From the NCBI GenBank assembly GCA_023428645.1, contig JAEYXD010000014.1, positions 14,964-78,963 of the forward strand: a stretch of DNA of 64,000 nt, in the 5' to 3' direction. The first letter of the stretch is position 1. The number at the start of each line of letters is the position of its first letter. Under the pieces are notes generated by a model that saw only the letters and a list, made by a program, of their open reading frames with translations, did not search any database and had not been told where the DNA came from. A program made the position numbers and the translations under genes. Shown here piece after piece: positions 1-8,126 of this stretch. This stretch comes from Pseudomonadota bacterium (GTDB lineage: Bacteria > Pseudomonadota > Gammaproteobacteria > Steroidobacterales > Steroidobacteraceae).

Positions 1-273
1 GCGATGCCGGTGACGATGCACGACGGCAGCCGCATCTTGTTGCGCAAGCTCGATCCGAGCTACGACCCCACGCATCGCGGCCGGGCGTTCAATTACATCC
101 GGGACAAGCAGGCGCAAGGCGAGTACGTGACGGGACTCATCTATATCGATGAGCAGAGTGCGGATTTTCACCGCCTGAACGGGACGGCGGCGCAGCCGCT
201 GAATCAGATCCCGTACGAGCGGCTGACGCCCGGGAGTGCGGCGTTGGCGAAGATTCTCAGCCGGTATCGCTGA
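1..273 (+). CDS. C-terminal fragment of a 2-oxoacid:ferredoxin oxidoreductase beta subunit (KorB-like), truncated by the window edge
   Basis: The reading frame is open from nt 1 and stops at 271-273. The tail (...GEYVTGLIYIDE...NQIPYERLTPG...) resembles KorB-type C-termini. Family call is from memory only. Confidence 0.55.
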   Translation, partial: AMPVTMHDGSRILLRKLDPSYDPTHRGRAFNYIRDKQAQGEYVTGLIYIDEQSADFHRLNGTAAQPLNQIPYERLTPGSAALAKILSRYR

Positions 274-282
274 AGCCGCGCC

Positions 283-981
283 CTACGCCAGCTCGAACAA
301 CACTTCCGATTTCTCGTATACCTTCGCGATCTTCTGGCCGTCCCACACGTAGCCCAGCGCCGCGCCGGCAATCGGAATGCTCACCGCCGGCGGCTTGAAC
401 GCGGCAAGGCACTCGCCCCCGGGGTGACGCACACTTCGGTAGACGATGCCCCAATCACCTTTGTCCCGGTGCGTCTTCGCGAAGGCCTGCGATGGGCCAT
501 AGTCCTCCGGCTGATGCAGCGGCGCGTATTTCGCGGCTCGCACATCGCGGAACGGCTTGAGCGGCCGGCCGACATACGCGCGCATGTCGATCTCGCCCGG
601 CGGCTCGGCCGTCGCCGCAAGGAAGCGCGCGCGATGAAACGCCGTTTCGCGAACAGCGGTTTCGAGCGTGCGCGCGGCGTAATACACGCCGAAGCTGCCA
701 TCGCTGAAGCGGCTCGGCCGCCCGATGTGAGTGAACGCCGCCATCACGATGCTCGCGCCGGGCGCATGTACGCGATCTTCCGGCCGCACGAGCGGCGCGA
801 CACCGCTTGCATCGCGCAGGCGATCGTTCGTCAGCCCCTCGAGGTGCCACGCCATTTCCATCTGCCGCGCGGCGACGACATTCTCGAATACGTTGATCGG
901 CGGATGCTTCGCCGCGACGACGCGATAGATCTTCTGCCAGCGCAGCCGAACGACCGGCGGCGCGGCGCTACGGGTGGTCAT
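283..981 (-). CDS. RES-domain toxin (RES/Xre, MbcT/ParT-like family)
   Basis: 232-aa ORF with a RES-domain core (GRPSRFSDGSFGVYYAARTLETAVRETAFH). It lies 29 nt downstream of a DUF2384/Xre-type antitoxin gene on the same strand. Confidence 0.85.
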   Translation of the reverse strand: MTTRSAAPPVVRLRWQKIYRVVAAKHPPINVFENVVAARQMEMAWHLEGLTNDRLRDASGVAPLVRPEDRVHAPGASIVMAAFTHIGRPSRFSDGSFGVYYAARTLETAVRETAFHRARFLAATAEPPGEIDMRAYVGRPLKPFRDVRAAKYAPLHQPEDYGPSQAFAKTHRDKGDWGIVYRSVRHPGGECLAAFKPPAVSIPIAGAALGYVWDGQKIAKVYEKSEVLFELA

Positions 982-1010
982 GCGAGGTGCGTTCCCTGCG
1001 TTGGCGCGGC

Positions 1011-1409
1011 TCAGCCGCGCTCGGCATCGAGATAGCGGCGGACGTCGGCGAGATCGATGACGTGGCCGCCGAGCATTCGGTCCAGGGCGGACTTACCGTT
1101 GAAGCCGCGCGCGGTGTTGGGCTTTTTCACCCAGTGATTGGCCGCTTCCTCGGTCGGCAGCAGAATGCGCAGGGCCTTGTAGATGCCCATGATGTAACTG
1201 ATGCGCTCGAGCGTGTCCGCGGAGAGTCGCGCGCTCTTGTCGCTCTTCCATTTGAAGAACGTGGAGCGTGCGGGCGAGCCGAGCAGCGTGCGTTCTTCCT
1301 CGGCGGTCAGACCCCAACCCGCGGTGATATTGAAGAATGCGGTCAGGGCCGTGGCCCCGAGCTCCTCGGGGTCGAAGCTGGCCGGGTCGGCAGGGCGCGG
1401 CTGGAACAT
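1011..1409 (-). CDS. Xre/MbcA/ParS-type antitoxin (DUF2384 toxin-binding domain)
   Basis: C-terminal RISYIMGIYKALRILLPTEEAANHWVKKPNTARGFNGKSALDRMLGG is typical of DUF2384. I place the start at the internal ATG (MFQPRP) at 1409 rather than the ORF-track start at 1442. Confidence 0.8.
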   Translation of the reverse strand: MFQPRPADPASFDPEELGATALTAFFNITAGWGLTAEEERTLLGSPARSTFFKWKSDKSARLSADTLERISYIMGIYKALRILLPTEEAANHWVKKPNTARGFNGKSALDRMLGGHVIDLADVRRYLDAERG

Positions 1410-1512
1410 ACGGCGGCAGTCCTGTAAGAGACTTTGCCGCAAAATACTCCATCCATGGACTCAAGGCCAGAGCCGGTGCGTCCGGGCACCGCCTTGCGGG
1501 CGTCGTCGCGAG

Positions 1513-1716
1513 CTAAACCCACTTACGCGGCGCGGACGTCCACAGGCGGCATACCGGCGAGCGTAGCGATGCGAATTCCCCGACGCGGCGGTGGCTTGCG
1601 CCCCGCTGCAGGCACCGCGGATCATCCGCCCACTGCACGGCGTAAACCGTCGGATCGAGCCTTGCCTCCACGAGCTCGCGCAGATGCCGCCGCCAACCCT
1701 CTCGAGTTTTCATCAT
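1513..1716 (-). CDS. Small hypothetical protein (about 67 aa), family not recognised
   Basis: ATG-ATG start preceded by GGAG. The N-terminal half (MMKTREGWRRHLRELVEARLDPTVYAVQW) looks protein-like and the C-terminal half looks poor. Weak call. Confidence 0.25.
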   Translation of the reverse strand: MMKTREGWRRHLRELVEARLDPTVYAVQWADDPRCLQRGASHRRVGEFASLRSPVCRLWTSAPRKWV

Positions 1717-2194
1717 CGACTCCACTCAGATTGCCAGTCTCGTAACGCTCACGAACGAAGGCGGTTCCTGACCGTGCCGTGGTGAATCATCCGCCTCGCG
1801 CTGCTTACGTTTGGCGACAGCGTCATGGCTGCGCACCTGCGCTCGCCGTGCCGATGACGACCATCGCATTCCGCTCATGGCTCGCGACATCACGAGCGAG
1901 CACGCGCGCATGATCATCCGCCACGACCCCATGCGCATCGAGGATGTGGGCAGCTTCCGTTGACACTGCACGCCGCCATGCCCTCGCTCTCTCGCGCTCA
2001 TGCTCGAGCCTCTCGTCACGCACTGCTCATGCACGACATCGATGACCACGAATCACATTCGTGCATGCCGCGCCGCGCGCGCATGCCATTGCATGCGCTC
2101 AGCGCCGCGCACATAGAACTCGACACATGCCTGCTCGCCGTCGTTGGTATGATCGGCCGCCGCATTAAAAAAGCCGAAGTCTTGGAGTTCTTCC

Positions 2195-3421
2195 ATGCAG
2201 TTCGAATACAGCGAAAAGGTCAGAAGCCTGGCCTCCCGCCTGCAAGCCTTTTTCGACGAGCACATTTACCCGCATGAGCAAGCCGTCGCCGAGTTGATCG
2301 CATCGCGCGAAGGCAAGCAGCGCTGGGAGCCGATCCCTCTCGTCGAAGAGCTGAAACCAAAGGCGCGCGCCGCGGGCTTGTGGAATTTGTTCTTGCCGCA
2401 CTCCGACCGCGGGGCGGGTCTCACGAACCTCGAATACGCGCCGCTGTGCGAGATCATGGGCGCCATCAGCTGGTCGTCTGAGATCTTCAATTGCGCGGCG
2501 CCCGACACCGGCAATATGGAAATCCTCGAACGCTACGCGACGCCGGAAAACAAGGAGCGCTGGCTCAAGCCGCTGCTGAATGGCGAGATCCGCTCCGCGT
2601 TCTGCATGACGGAGCCTGCCGTTGCCTCCTCGGACGCGACGAACATTGCCACCCAGATCACGCGCGACGGCGACCACTACGTCATCAACGGCCGCAAGTG
2701 GTTCGCGTCCGGCGCCGGCGACGTGCGTTGCAAGATCCTGATCGTGATGGGCAAGACCGATCCGACGGCCGCCAAACATCAGCAGCAGTCGCAAATTCTC
2801 GTGCCGATGGATACGCCGGGCGTCGAAGTGATTCGCCCGCTGCCCGTGTTCGGCTTCGACGATGCGCCACACGGCCACATGGAAATCGTGTTCGACAACG
2901 TGCGCGTGCCTGCGAGCAACATCCTGCTCGGCGAAGGCCGCGGCTTCGAGATCGCGCAAGCGCGCCTCGGGCCGGGCCGCATTCATCACTGCATGCGCAA
3001 CATCGGCGTTGCCGAGCGCGTGCTGGCGATGACATGTCAGCGCCTGCTGTCGCGCGTTGCGTTCGGCAGACCGATCGCGGATCAGTCGATCTGGCTCGAG
3101 CGCATCGCGAACTGCCGCATTCAGATCGATCAAGCCCGTCTGCTCGTGTTGAACGCCGCCGACAAGATGGATCGCCTGGGCAACAAGGCCGCGCGACGCG
3201 AGATCGCGATGATCAAGGTCGCGGCACCGGCGATGCTGAACTACGTCGTCGACTGGGCGATCCAGGCGCACGGCGCCGCCGGCGTCACGACGGACTTCCG
3301 CCTCGGCCACATCGCCGCCAGCGCGCGCACGATGCGCATCGTCGACGGCCCGGACGAGGTGCATCGCAATCAGATCGGCAAGATGGAGCTGGAAAAGTAC
3401 CGGCCGGCGAAGCACGCGTAA
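2195..3421 (+). CDS. Acyl-CoA dehydrogenase, ACAD10/ACAD11/FadE2-like subgroup
   Basis: 408-aa ORF with GGAG 7 nt upstream. ACAD-fold motifs are present ([50 protein letters not shown]). Confidence 0.92.
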   Translation: MQFEYSEKVRSLASRLQAFFDEHIYPHEQAVAELIASREGKQRWEPIPLVEELKPKARAAGLWNLFLPHSDRGAGLTNLEYAPLCEIMGAISWSSEIFNCAAPDTGNMEILERYATPENKERWLKPLLNGEIRSAFCMTEPAVASSDATNIATQITRDGDHYVINGRKWFASGAGDVRCKILIVMGKTDPTAAKHQQQSQILVPMDTPGVEVIRPLPVFGFDDAPHGHMEIVFDNVRVPASNILLGEGRGFEIAQARLGPGRIHHCMRNIGVAERVLAMTCQRLLSRVAFGRPIADQSIWLERIANCRIQIDQARLLVLNAADKMDRLGNKAARREIAMIKVAAPAMLNYVVDWAIQAHGAAGVTTDFRLGHIAASARTMRIVDGPDEVHRNQIGKMELEKYRPAKHA

Positions 3422-3438
3422 CCCACGGAGTCACTCAC

Positions 3439-4215
3439 ATGGCCGTTTCAACATTGTTCGATTTGCAGGGTAAGGTCGCCGTCGTCACGGGCTCGAGCCG
3501 CGGCATCGGCGAGGCGATTGCGCTGCGCCTGGCGGAGCACGGCGCGAAGGTCGTCGTGACCAGCCGCAAGCTCGATGCGTGCGAAGTCGTCGTGAACAAG
3601 ATCACCGCGGCCGGCGGCGAGGCATTCGCGCATGCCTGCAACATCGGCCGCAAGGAGGATCTGCAGGGGCTCGTCAATGCGGCGATCCAGAAATGGGGCG
3701 GCATCGACATTCTCGTCTGCAACGCCGCCGTCAATACCTACTTCGGTCCGTCGCTCGACATGCCAGACGATGCGTACGACAAGATCATGAACAGCAACGT
3801 GCGCAGCAACTTCTGGTTGTGCAACATGGTGCTGCCGCAAATGGCCGAGCGCGGCGGCGGCTCGATCATCATCGTCTCGTCGATCGCGGGCCTGCTCGGC
3901 TCGCCGCAGTTGGGCGTCTACGGCATTTCGAAGGCCGCCGACATGGCGCTCGCGCGCAATCTCTGCGTCGAGTGGGGCCCGAAGAACATTCGCGTCAACT
4001 GCATCGCACCAGGCCTCGTGCGCACGGATTTCGCGAAGGCGCTGTGGGAGAACAAGGAGATCTACGACAAGACCGTGCGCGCGTATCCGTTGCGGCGCAT
4101 TGGCGAGCCCGATGAAATCGCCGGCGCCGCGGTATTTCTCGCGGGCCCGAGCGGCTCATTCATGAGCGGCCAGACGATCGTGATCGACGGCGGCGGTGTC
4201 GTCGGCCGCGGATGA
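3439..4215 (+). CDS. Short-chain dehydrogenase/reductase (SDR)
   Basis: The true start is ATG 3439 (MAVSTLFDLQGKVAVVTGSSRGIGEAIA), inside the artefactual 574-aa ORF 2491..4215. It has a TGxxxGIG cofactor motif and classic SDR length. Confidence 0.92.
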   Translation: MAVSTLFDLQGKVAVVTGSSRGIGEAIALRLAEHGAKVVVTSRKLDACEVVVNKITAAGGEAFAHACNIGRKEDLQGLVNAAIQKWGGIDILVCNAAVNTYFGPSLDMPDDAYDKIMNSNVRSNFWLCNMVLPQMAERGGGSIIIVSSIAGLLGSPQLGVYGISKAADMALARNLCVEWGPKNIRVNCIAPGLVRTDFAKALWENKEIYDKTVRAYPLRRIGEPDEIAGAAVFLAGPSGSFMSGQTIVIDGGGVVGRG

Positions 4216-5297
4216 CCGACTCACGCATGAGTGGCGCAAACAACGCGGGCGCGGCGGTCCTCGTACCGGTGCTCGACAACCATCGGTTCGATGAAGCGGC
4301 GCTCGCGAACTATCTGGCGGGCCGCGTGCCGGACTTCACCGGCGAAATGGTCGTGCGGCAGTTCCAGGGAGGATTCTCGAATCCGACGTTTCATCTGCAG
4401 ACGCGCGATCGCGCGTACGTGCTGCGCAAGAAACCGCCGGGGCAGCTCCTGCCCTCGGCGCATGCGGTCGATCGCGAATACAAAGTGCTCGATGCGCTGA
4501 AGAGCACTGACGTGCCCGTGCCGCACGTGCACGTGCTCTGCACGGACGACAGCGTCATCGGCACGATGTTCTATGTCATGGATTACGTCGAAGGCCGGGT
4601 GTACACGGATCGCCTGCTACCCGGCTGCACGGCGCAGCAGCGAGCCGAGATGTACGACGCCATGAACGACGTGCTGGCCAAGCTGCACAGCGTCGACTAC
4701 GAGGCCGTCGGTCTCGCCGATTTCGGCAAGCCGACGGGCTATGTCGCGCGGCAGGTGGCGCGCTGGTCGAAGCAGTACGTGGCTTCGTGCGTCGAGGACA
4801 CGCCGGCGATGAACGCGCTCATGGAATGGTTGCCCGCGCATCAGCCGGCGCAGGACGAGGCGACGATCGCGCACGGCGACTATCGAATTGGCAACTTGCT
4901 GTATCACCCGACCGAGTCGCGCGTCGTCGCGGTGCTCGATTGGGAGCTATCGACGATCGGTCATCCGCTCGGCGATCTCGCTTACTGTTGCAGCGCGTAT
5001 CACTCGCCGAGCGCGGGCGGCCGCGGGTTCAAGGAGCTCGACTTGCAGGCGCTTGGGATTCCGTCTGAGGCCGAGTTCCTGGAGGCGTATCGCCGTCGCA
5101 CCGGGCGTCCTGACATCCCTCATTGGAAGTTCTTCATCGTCTTCTCGCTGTTTCGCTCCGCCGCGATTCTCGCGGGCGTGTACAAGCGCGCGATCGACGG
5201 TCAGGGCGTCGATGCCCGGATGGCGGAAGCGAAGCAGGCGTATCAGGACATCGCGGCGCGCGCGTGGGACATCGCGCGAGGCCCGGACTTGCTCTGA
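4212..5297 (+). CDS. APH-fold phosphotransferase (ACAD10/11 N-domain-like, LvaA-like kinase)
   Basis: Brenner-type HGDYRIGNLL and VLDWELSTIGHPLGDLAY motifs. The start overlaps the SDR stop by 4 nt (ATGA). Confidence 0.9.
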   Translation: MTDSRMSGANNAGAAVLVPVLDNHRFDEAALANYLAGRVPDFTGEMVVRQFQGGFSNPTFHLQTRDRAYVLRKKPPGQLLPSAHAVDREYKVLDALKSTDVPVPHVHVLCTDDSVIGTMFYVMDYVEGRVYTDRLLPGCTAQQRAEMYDAMNDVLAKLHSVDYEAVGLADFGKPTGYVARQVARWSKQYVASCVEDTPAMNALMEWLPAHQPAQDEATIAHGDYRIGNLLYHPTESRVVAVLDWELSTIGHPLGDLAYCCSAYHSPSAGGRGFKELDLQALGIPSEAEFLEAYRRRTGRPDIPHWKFFIVFSLFRSAAILAGVYKRAIDGQGVDARMAEAKQAYQDIAARAWDIARGPDLL

Positions 5298-5340
5298 CCC
5301 CCTCCCCTGCGAAGCGGGGGAGGGTGGGGGTGGGGGTGAG
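5298..5340 (+). repeat. REP-like element copy A: C-rich/G-rich hairpin plus G-tract tail
   Basis: CCCCCTCCCCTGC-GAA-GCGGGGGAGGG followed by T-GGGGG-T-GGGGG. It starts immediately after the stop at 5295-5297, between convergent genes. Confidence 0.7.
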
Positions 5341-5405
5341 TCACAGTGAGTGGGGATGAGTCACATGGGGCCGGGTTGCGTCGGTAAAGGTAATGGCGCC
5401 GGCTC

Positions 5406-7058
5406 TCAGCGTGATGCCGCTCGTTGCGAGCGCGGCACGAAAAAGAAATCTCCCACCTCGTGCCCGGCGCCCTTGATCGACTTGAACTCCGGCTTCTGTA
5501 CGAACTTGTTGCGCGCGGCCGCCGCTTCGACGCGCTTGTTGATCCTCGTGTAGAGCTCCGGTGTCGACAGGATTCCCGTGTTCGACTCGAGCGCATCCAG
5601 GAACGCGCGCGCGAACACCGAATTGCCGCCGCTGCCCTCGTCGAGCACCGGCCGATCGCCGCCCGATGACAACAACAACCGCGCCCGCTTCGGCAGCTTG
5701 TATTTGATGTAGTCCTGCGAATACGCGACTGTATCGCTCAAGAACAAATAGCTCGGATCGTTCGACAACAAGCCGGCATAACAAGAATCAGCCACGACGA
5801 GCACGCGCTTCGCGACGAGGCGGCCCAGGTGACCGGTGATCTGTTCGTTCGGCACCCAGTACGTATCCTTCGGCGGCGCCTCGGCGTTCACCGGGAGCCA
5901 GTAGCCGTTCTCGCCGCGCGCGCTCGGCAGCCGCGCGCCATGGCCGGCGTAGTAGATCAACACATTGTCCTCGGGCTTCAGCACGGCGTTCAGATCGTTG
6001 ATCGCCTTGAGCATCGTGACGTCGTTCGCGTCCTCGAGCAGCTGCACGATGAAGCCGTACTTGTCCGCCAGAATGCGCGTGGCACGCGCGGCGTCGTAGC
6101 GCGGTGTCTGCAAGTCCTCGATCGTCTGGTAATCCTGATTGCCGATCACGATCGCGTAGTAGCGGCCGAAGTTCATGCCGGCGAGCGTGCGCTCGTCGGC
6201 GGTCGGCGGCACTTGCACGAGTTCCAGCTGGCCGCTCGGCGTGCGCGTGCGCGGCAGCGCCGCCAGGCGATCGCTGCTCTTGCGGCGCTCGCTTTCGAGC
6301 TGCGCGATCCATTTCTTGAGCGCATCGATTTCTTTCGAGCTCTCCGCATCCGCCCTGGGCTGCGAGGTCGGCCGCTTCGCGAGCTGATCCTGCAGGTCCG
6401 TGAGCTGCTTGTGCAGCAGTCCCAGCTGCGCGTCGCGCTCCGCGATCGTCGCCTCGAGCTCTTGACGCAGTGCGTCCTGCTCGCGCTGCGCAGCCGACGC
6501 GAAGATGAGATTGTCTTCAGGGACACCCCACGCCTGACGATACAGATTCAACGCCTTGAACGTGTCCTTCGGCACGCCGAGTCCCTGCTCGTACAGCGTG
6601 CCGAGATTGAACAGGGCGCGCCCGTAGCCTTTGTCCGCCGCCTTTTGATACCAGTGGGCAGCCGCGACGTGATCGGGCGCAACACCCAGGCCGCGCTCGT
6701 AGATCTCGCCGACGTTCGTCTGCGCCTCGACATCGCCGCCCTCCGCCGCCTGCATCCAGATACGCAGCGCGGACGCGAGATCGGCGCGATCGAAGGCAAC
6801 GTATTCGCCGCCGCGAATCGAGCATTCGGAGACCGTCGTGCGGACGGGACGGCGCTGGGTGAGATAGCTCGCGTTGCCGAGCTGCCGCACTTGCCCGGGC
6901 AACAGACAGTCGACGATCTCGAGATCCGCGCGCTTCACCATGCCCGCCGCCGCGGCCTTACGATCGCTCTCATGGGTCGCGGCCGACGCGACGACGAGCA
7001 ACGCCGGCGCGAGGACGATGAGCCACCGGCTCGTGGCGGGACGAACAAACACAGTCAT
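5406..7058 (-). CDS. Secreted Sel1-repeat / coiled-coil / caspase-domain (peptidase C14) protein
   Basis: Contains an N-terminal signal-like hydrophobic segment and Sel1 repeats (AQTNVGEIYERGLGV...AAHWYQKAADKGYGRALFNLGTLYEQGLGV). These are followed by a heptad-rich linker and a caspase His-Cys dyad (VLIYYAGHG, LVVADSCYAG). Confidence 0.85.
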   Translation of the reverse strand: MTVFVRPATSRWLIVLAPALLVVASAATHESDRKAAAAGMVKRADLEIVDCLLPGQVRQLGNASYLTQRRPVRTTVSECSIRGGEYVAFDRADLASALRIWMQAAEGGDVEAQTNVGEIYERGLGVAPDHVAAAHWYQKAADKGYGRALFNLGTLYEQGLGVPKDTFKALNLYRQAWGVPEDNLIFASAAQREQDALRQELEATIAERDAQLGLLHKQLTDLQDQLAKRPTSQPRADAESSKEIDALKKWIAQLESERRKSSDRLAALPRTRTPSGQLELVQVPPTADERTLAGMNFGRYYAIVIGNQDYQTIEDLQTPRYDAARATRILADKYGFIVQLLEDANDVTMLKAINDLNAVLKPEDNVLIYYAGHGARLPSARGENGYWLPVNAEAPPKDTYWVPNEQITGHLGRLVAKRVLVVADSCYAGLLSNDPSYLFLSDTVAYSQDYIKYKLPKRARLLLSSGGDRPVLDEGSGGNSVFARAFLDALESNTGILSTPELYTRINKRVEAAAARNKFVQKPEFKSIKGAGHEVGDFFFVPRSQRAASR

Positions 7059-7157
7059 CGAGAGATCACCTCATCGCAGCAGGCGCGGGGGATGGATCGA
7101 GAGTCGTTCGACATAACCGACGCGCGGTCGTGACCGCGCCGAAACAACGCCTGTCGA

Positions 7158-8126
7158 ATGTTATTGCGGTTATGCGCCGCATTAGAGCGAGCGTCTAGCA
7201 CCGGCGACAGCGGCCGAAAGTGCAGCCGCTGGCCGGATCCGCGCCGATGGCCGATAGTAGAGCGGACGCCATCCGCCAGGACGCTCCGCTTGCTTCGAGC
7301 CTTTTTCATCCTTTGCGCGCTCGCATCCGCGTGCGGCTGCGCCTCGCCCGCGCAGCGCATCGATCGCGCGGCCGAGCGAGCGGGACTGACGCGAGACATC
7401 GTTCGCGGCACGAGTTTTCGCCACGTCGTGTACGCGAGGCAGGCCGCTTCGGAGGATTCGACCTGGACGGTGTTCCTCGAGGGTGACGGCCGCCCCAGGA
7501 TGAGCGACCCGACTTCTCTCGATCCGCTCGCGTTCGATCTGATGCTGCGATCGAGCGGCGCGGCGCTGTACGTCACGCGGCCGTGTTATCACGAGCTGCT
7601 GGACCCCGAGTGTTCGTGGCGCACCTGGACACTCGAGCGCTACTCCCGGGCCGTCGTCGACAGCATGGTGCACGCGATCGAGCAACGGCTGCGTGACGCG
7701 AACGCCGCGCGCGTTCGCCTCGTCGGCTACAGCGGTGGCGGTACGCTTGCCGTGCTGATCGCCGAACGCTTGTCCAACGTCATCGCCGTCGTCACGATCG
7801 CCGCGAATCTCGACACCGACGCATGGACGCGGCATCACGGCTATCTGCTCGGCGGCTCGCTGAATCCGGCGCGCAGCACGCTCGCTCACGCATGGCAGGA
7901 GACTCATCTGCAAGGCGGCGGCGATACGGTCGTGCCCCTCGCGACGACGCGCGCCTATTTCGCGCGCTTCCCGGCGGCGCGCCAGATCACGCTCGCGGCC
8001 TACGATCACGTGTGCTGCTGGGTCCGCGATTGGGCCGAGCTTCAAGGGCTCATCGAAGCACGCGCCGACAGGGCGGTGTCAGGGAAGTCGCTGAATACGC
8101 CGTCGACCCCGAGCGCGAAGAACTGA
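7158..8126 (+). CDS. Alpha/beta-hydrolase-fold lipoprotein (family not resolved)
   Basis: GYSGGG nucleophile-elbow motif and a lipobox-like LCALASACGC. The real start is probably internal (a TTG at 7290 gives MLRAFFILCALASACGC). Confidence 0.7.
   Translation: MLLRLCAALERASSTGDSGRKCSRWPDPRRWPIVERTPSARTLRLLRAFFILCALASACGCASPAQRIDRAAERAGLTRDIVRGTSFRHVVYARQAASEDSTWTVFLEGDGRPRMSDPTSLDPLAFDLMLRSSGAALYVTRPCYHELLDPECSWRTWTLERYSRAVVDSMVHAIEQRLRDANAARVRLVGYSGGGTLAVLIAERLSNVIAVVTIAANLDTDAWTRHHGYLLGGSLNPARSTLAHAWQETHLQGGGDTVVPLATTRAYFARFPAARQITLAAYDHVCCWVRDWAELQGLIEARADRAVSGKSLNTPSTPSAKN

Noticed and set aside
2491-4215. 574-aa ORF that would fuse the 3' part of the ACAD region to the SDR.
   Set aside because: The first 316 codons are out-of-frame read-through of the ACAD gene (Arg/Pro/Ala-rich nonsense). 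The SDR begins at ATG 3439 with a classical TGxxxGIG N-terminus.
8042-8126. 85-nt tail-to-tail overlap between the alpha/beta-hydrolase gene and glpQ.
   Set aside because: Both C-termini look acceptable, and convergent overlaps arise easily when stops are rare. The hydrolase tail (…RADRAVSGKSLNTPSTPSAKN) may simply be a non-conserved extension. There is no evidence of functional significance.
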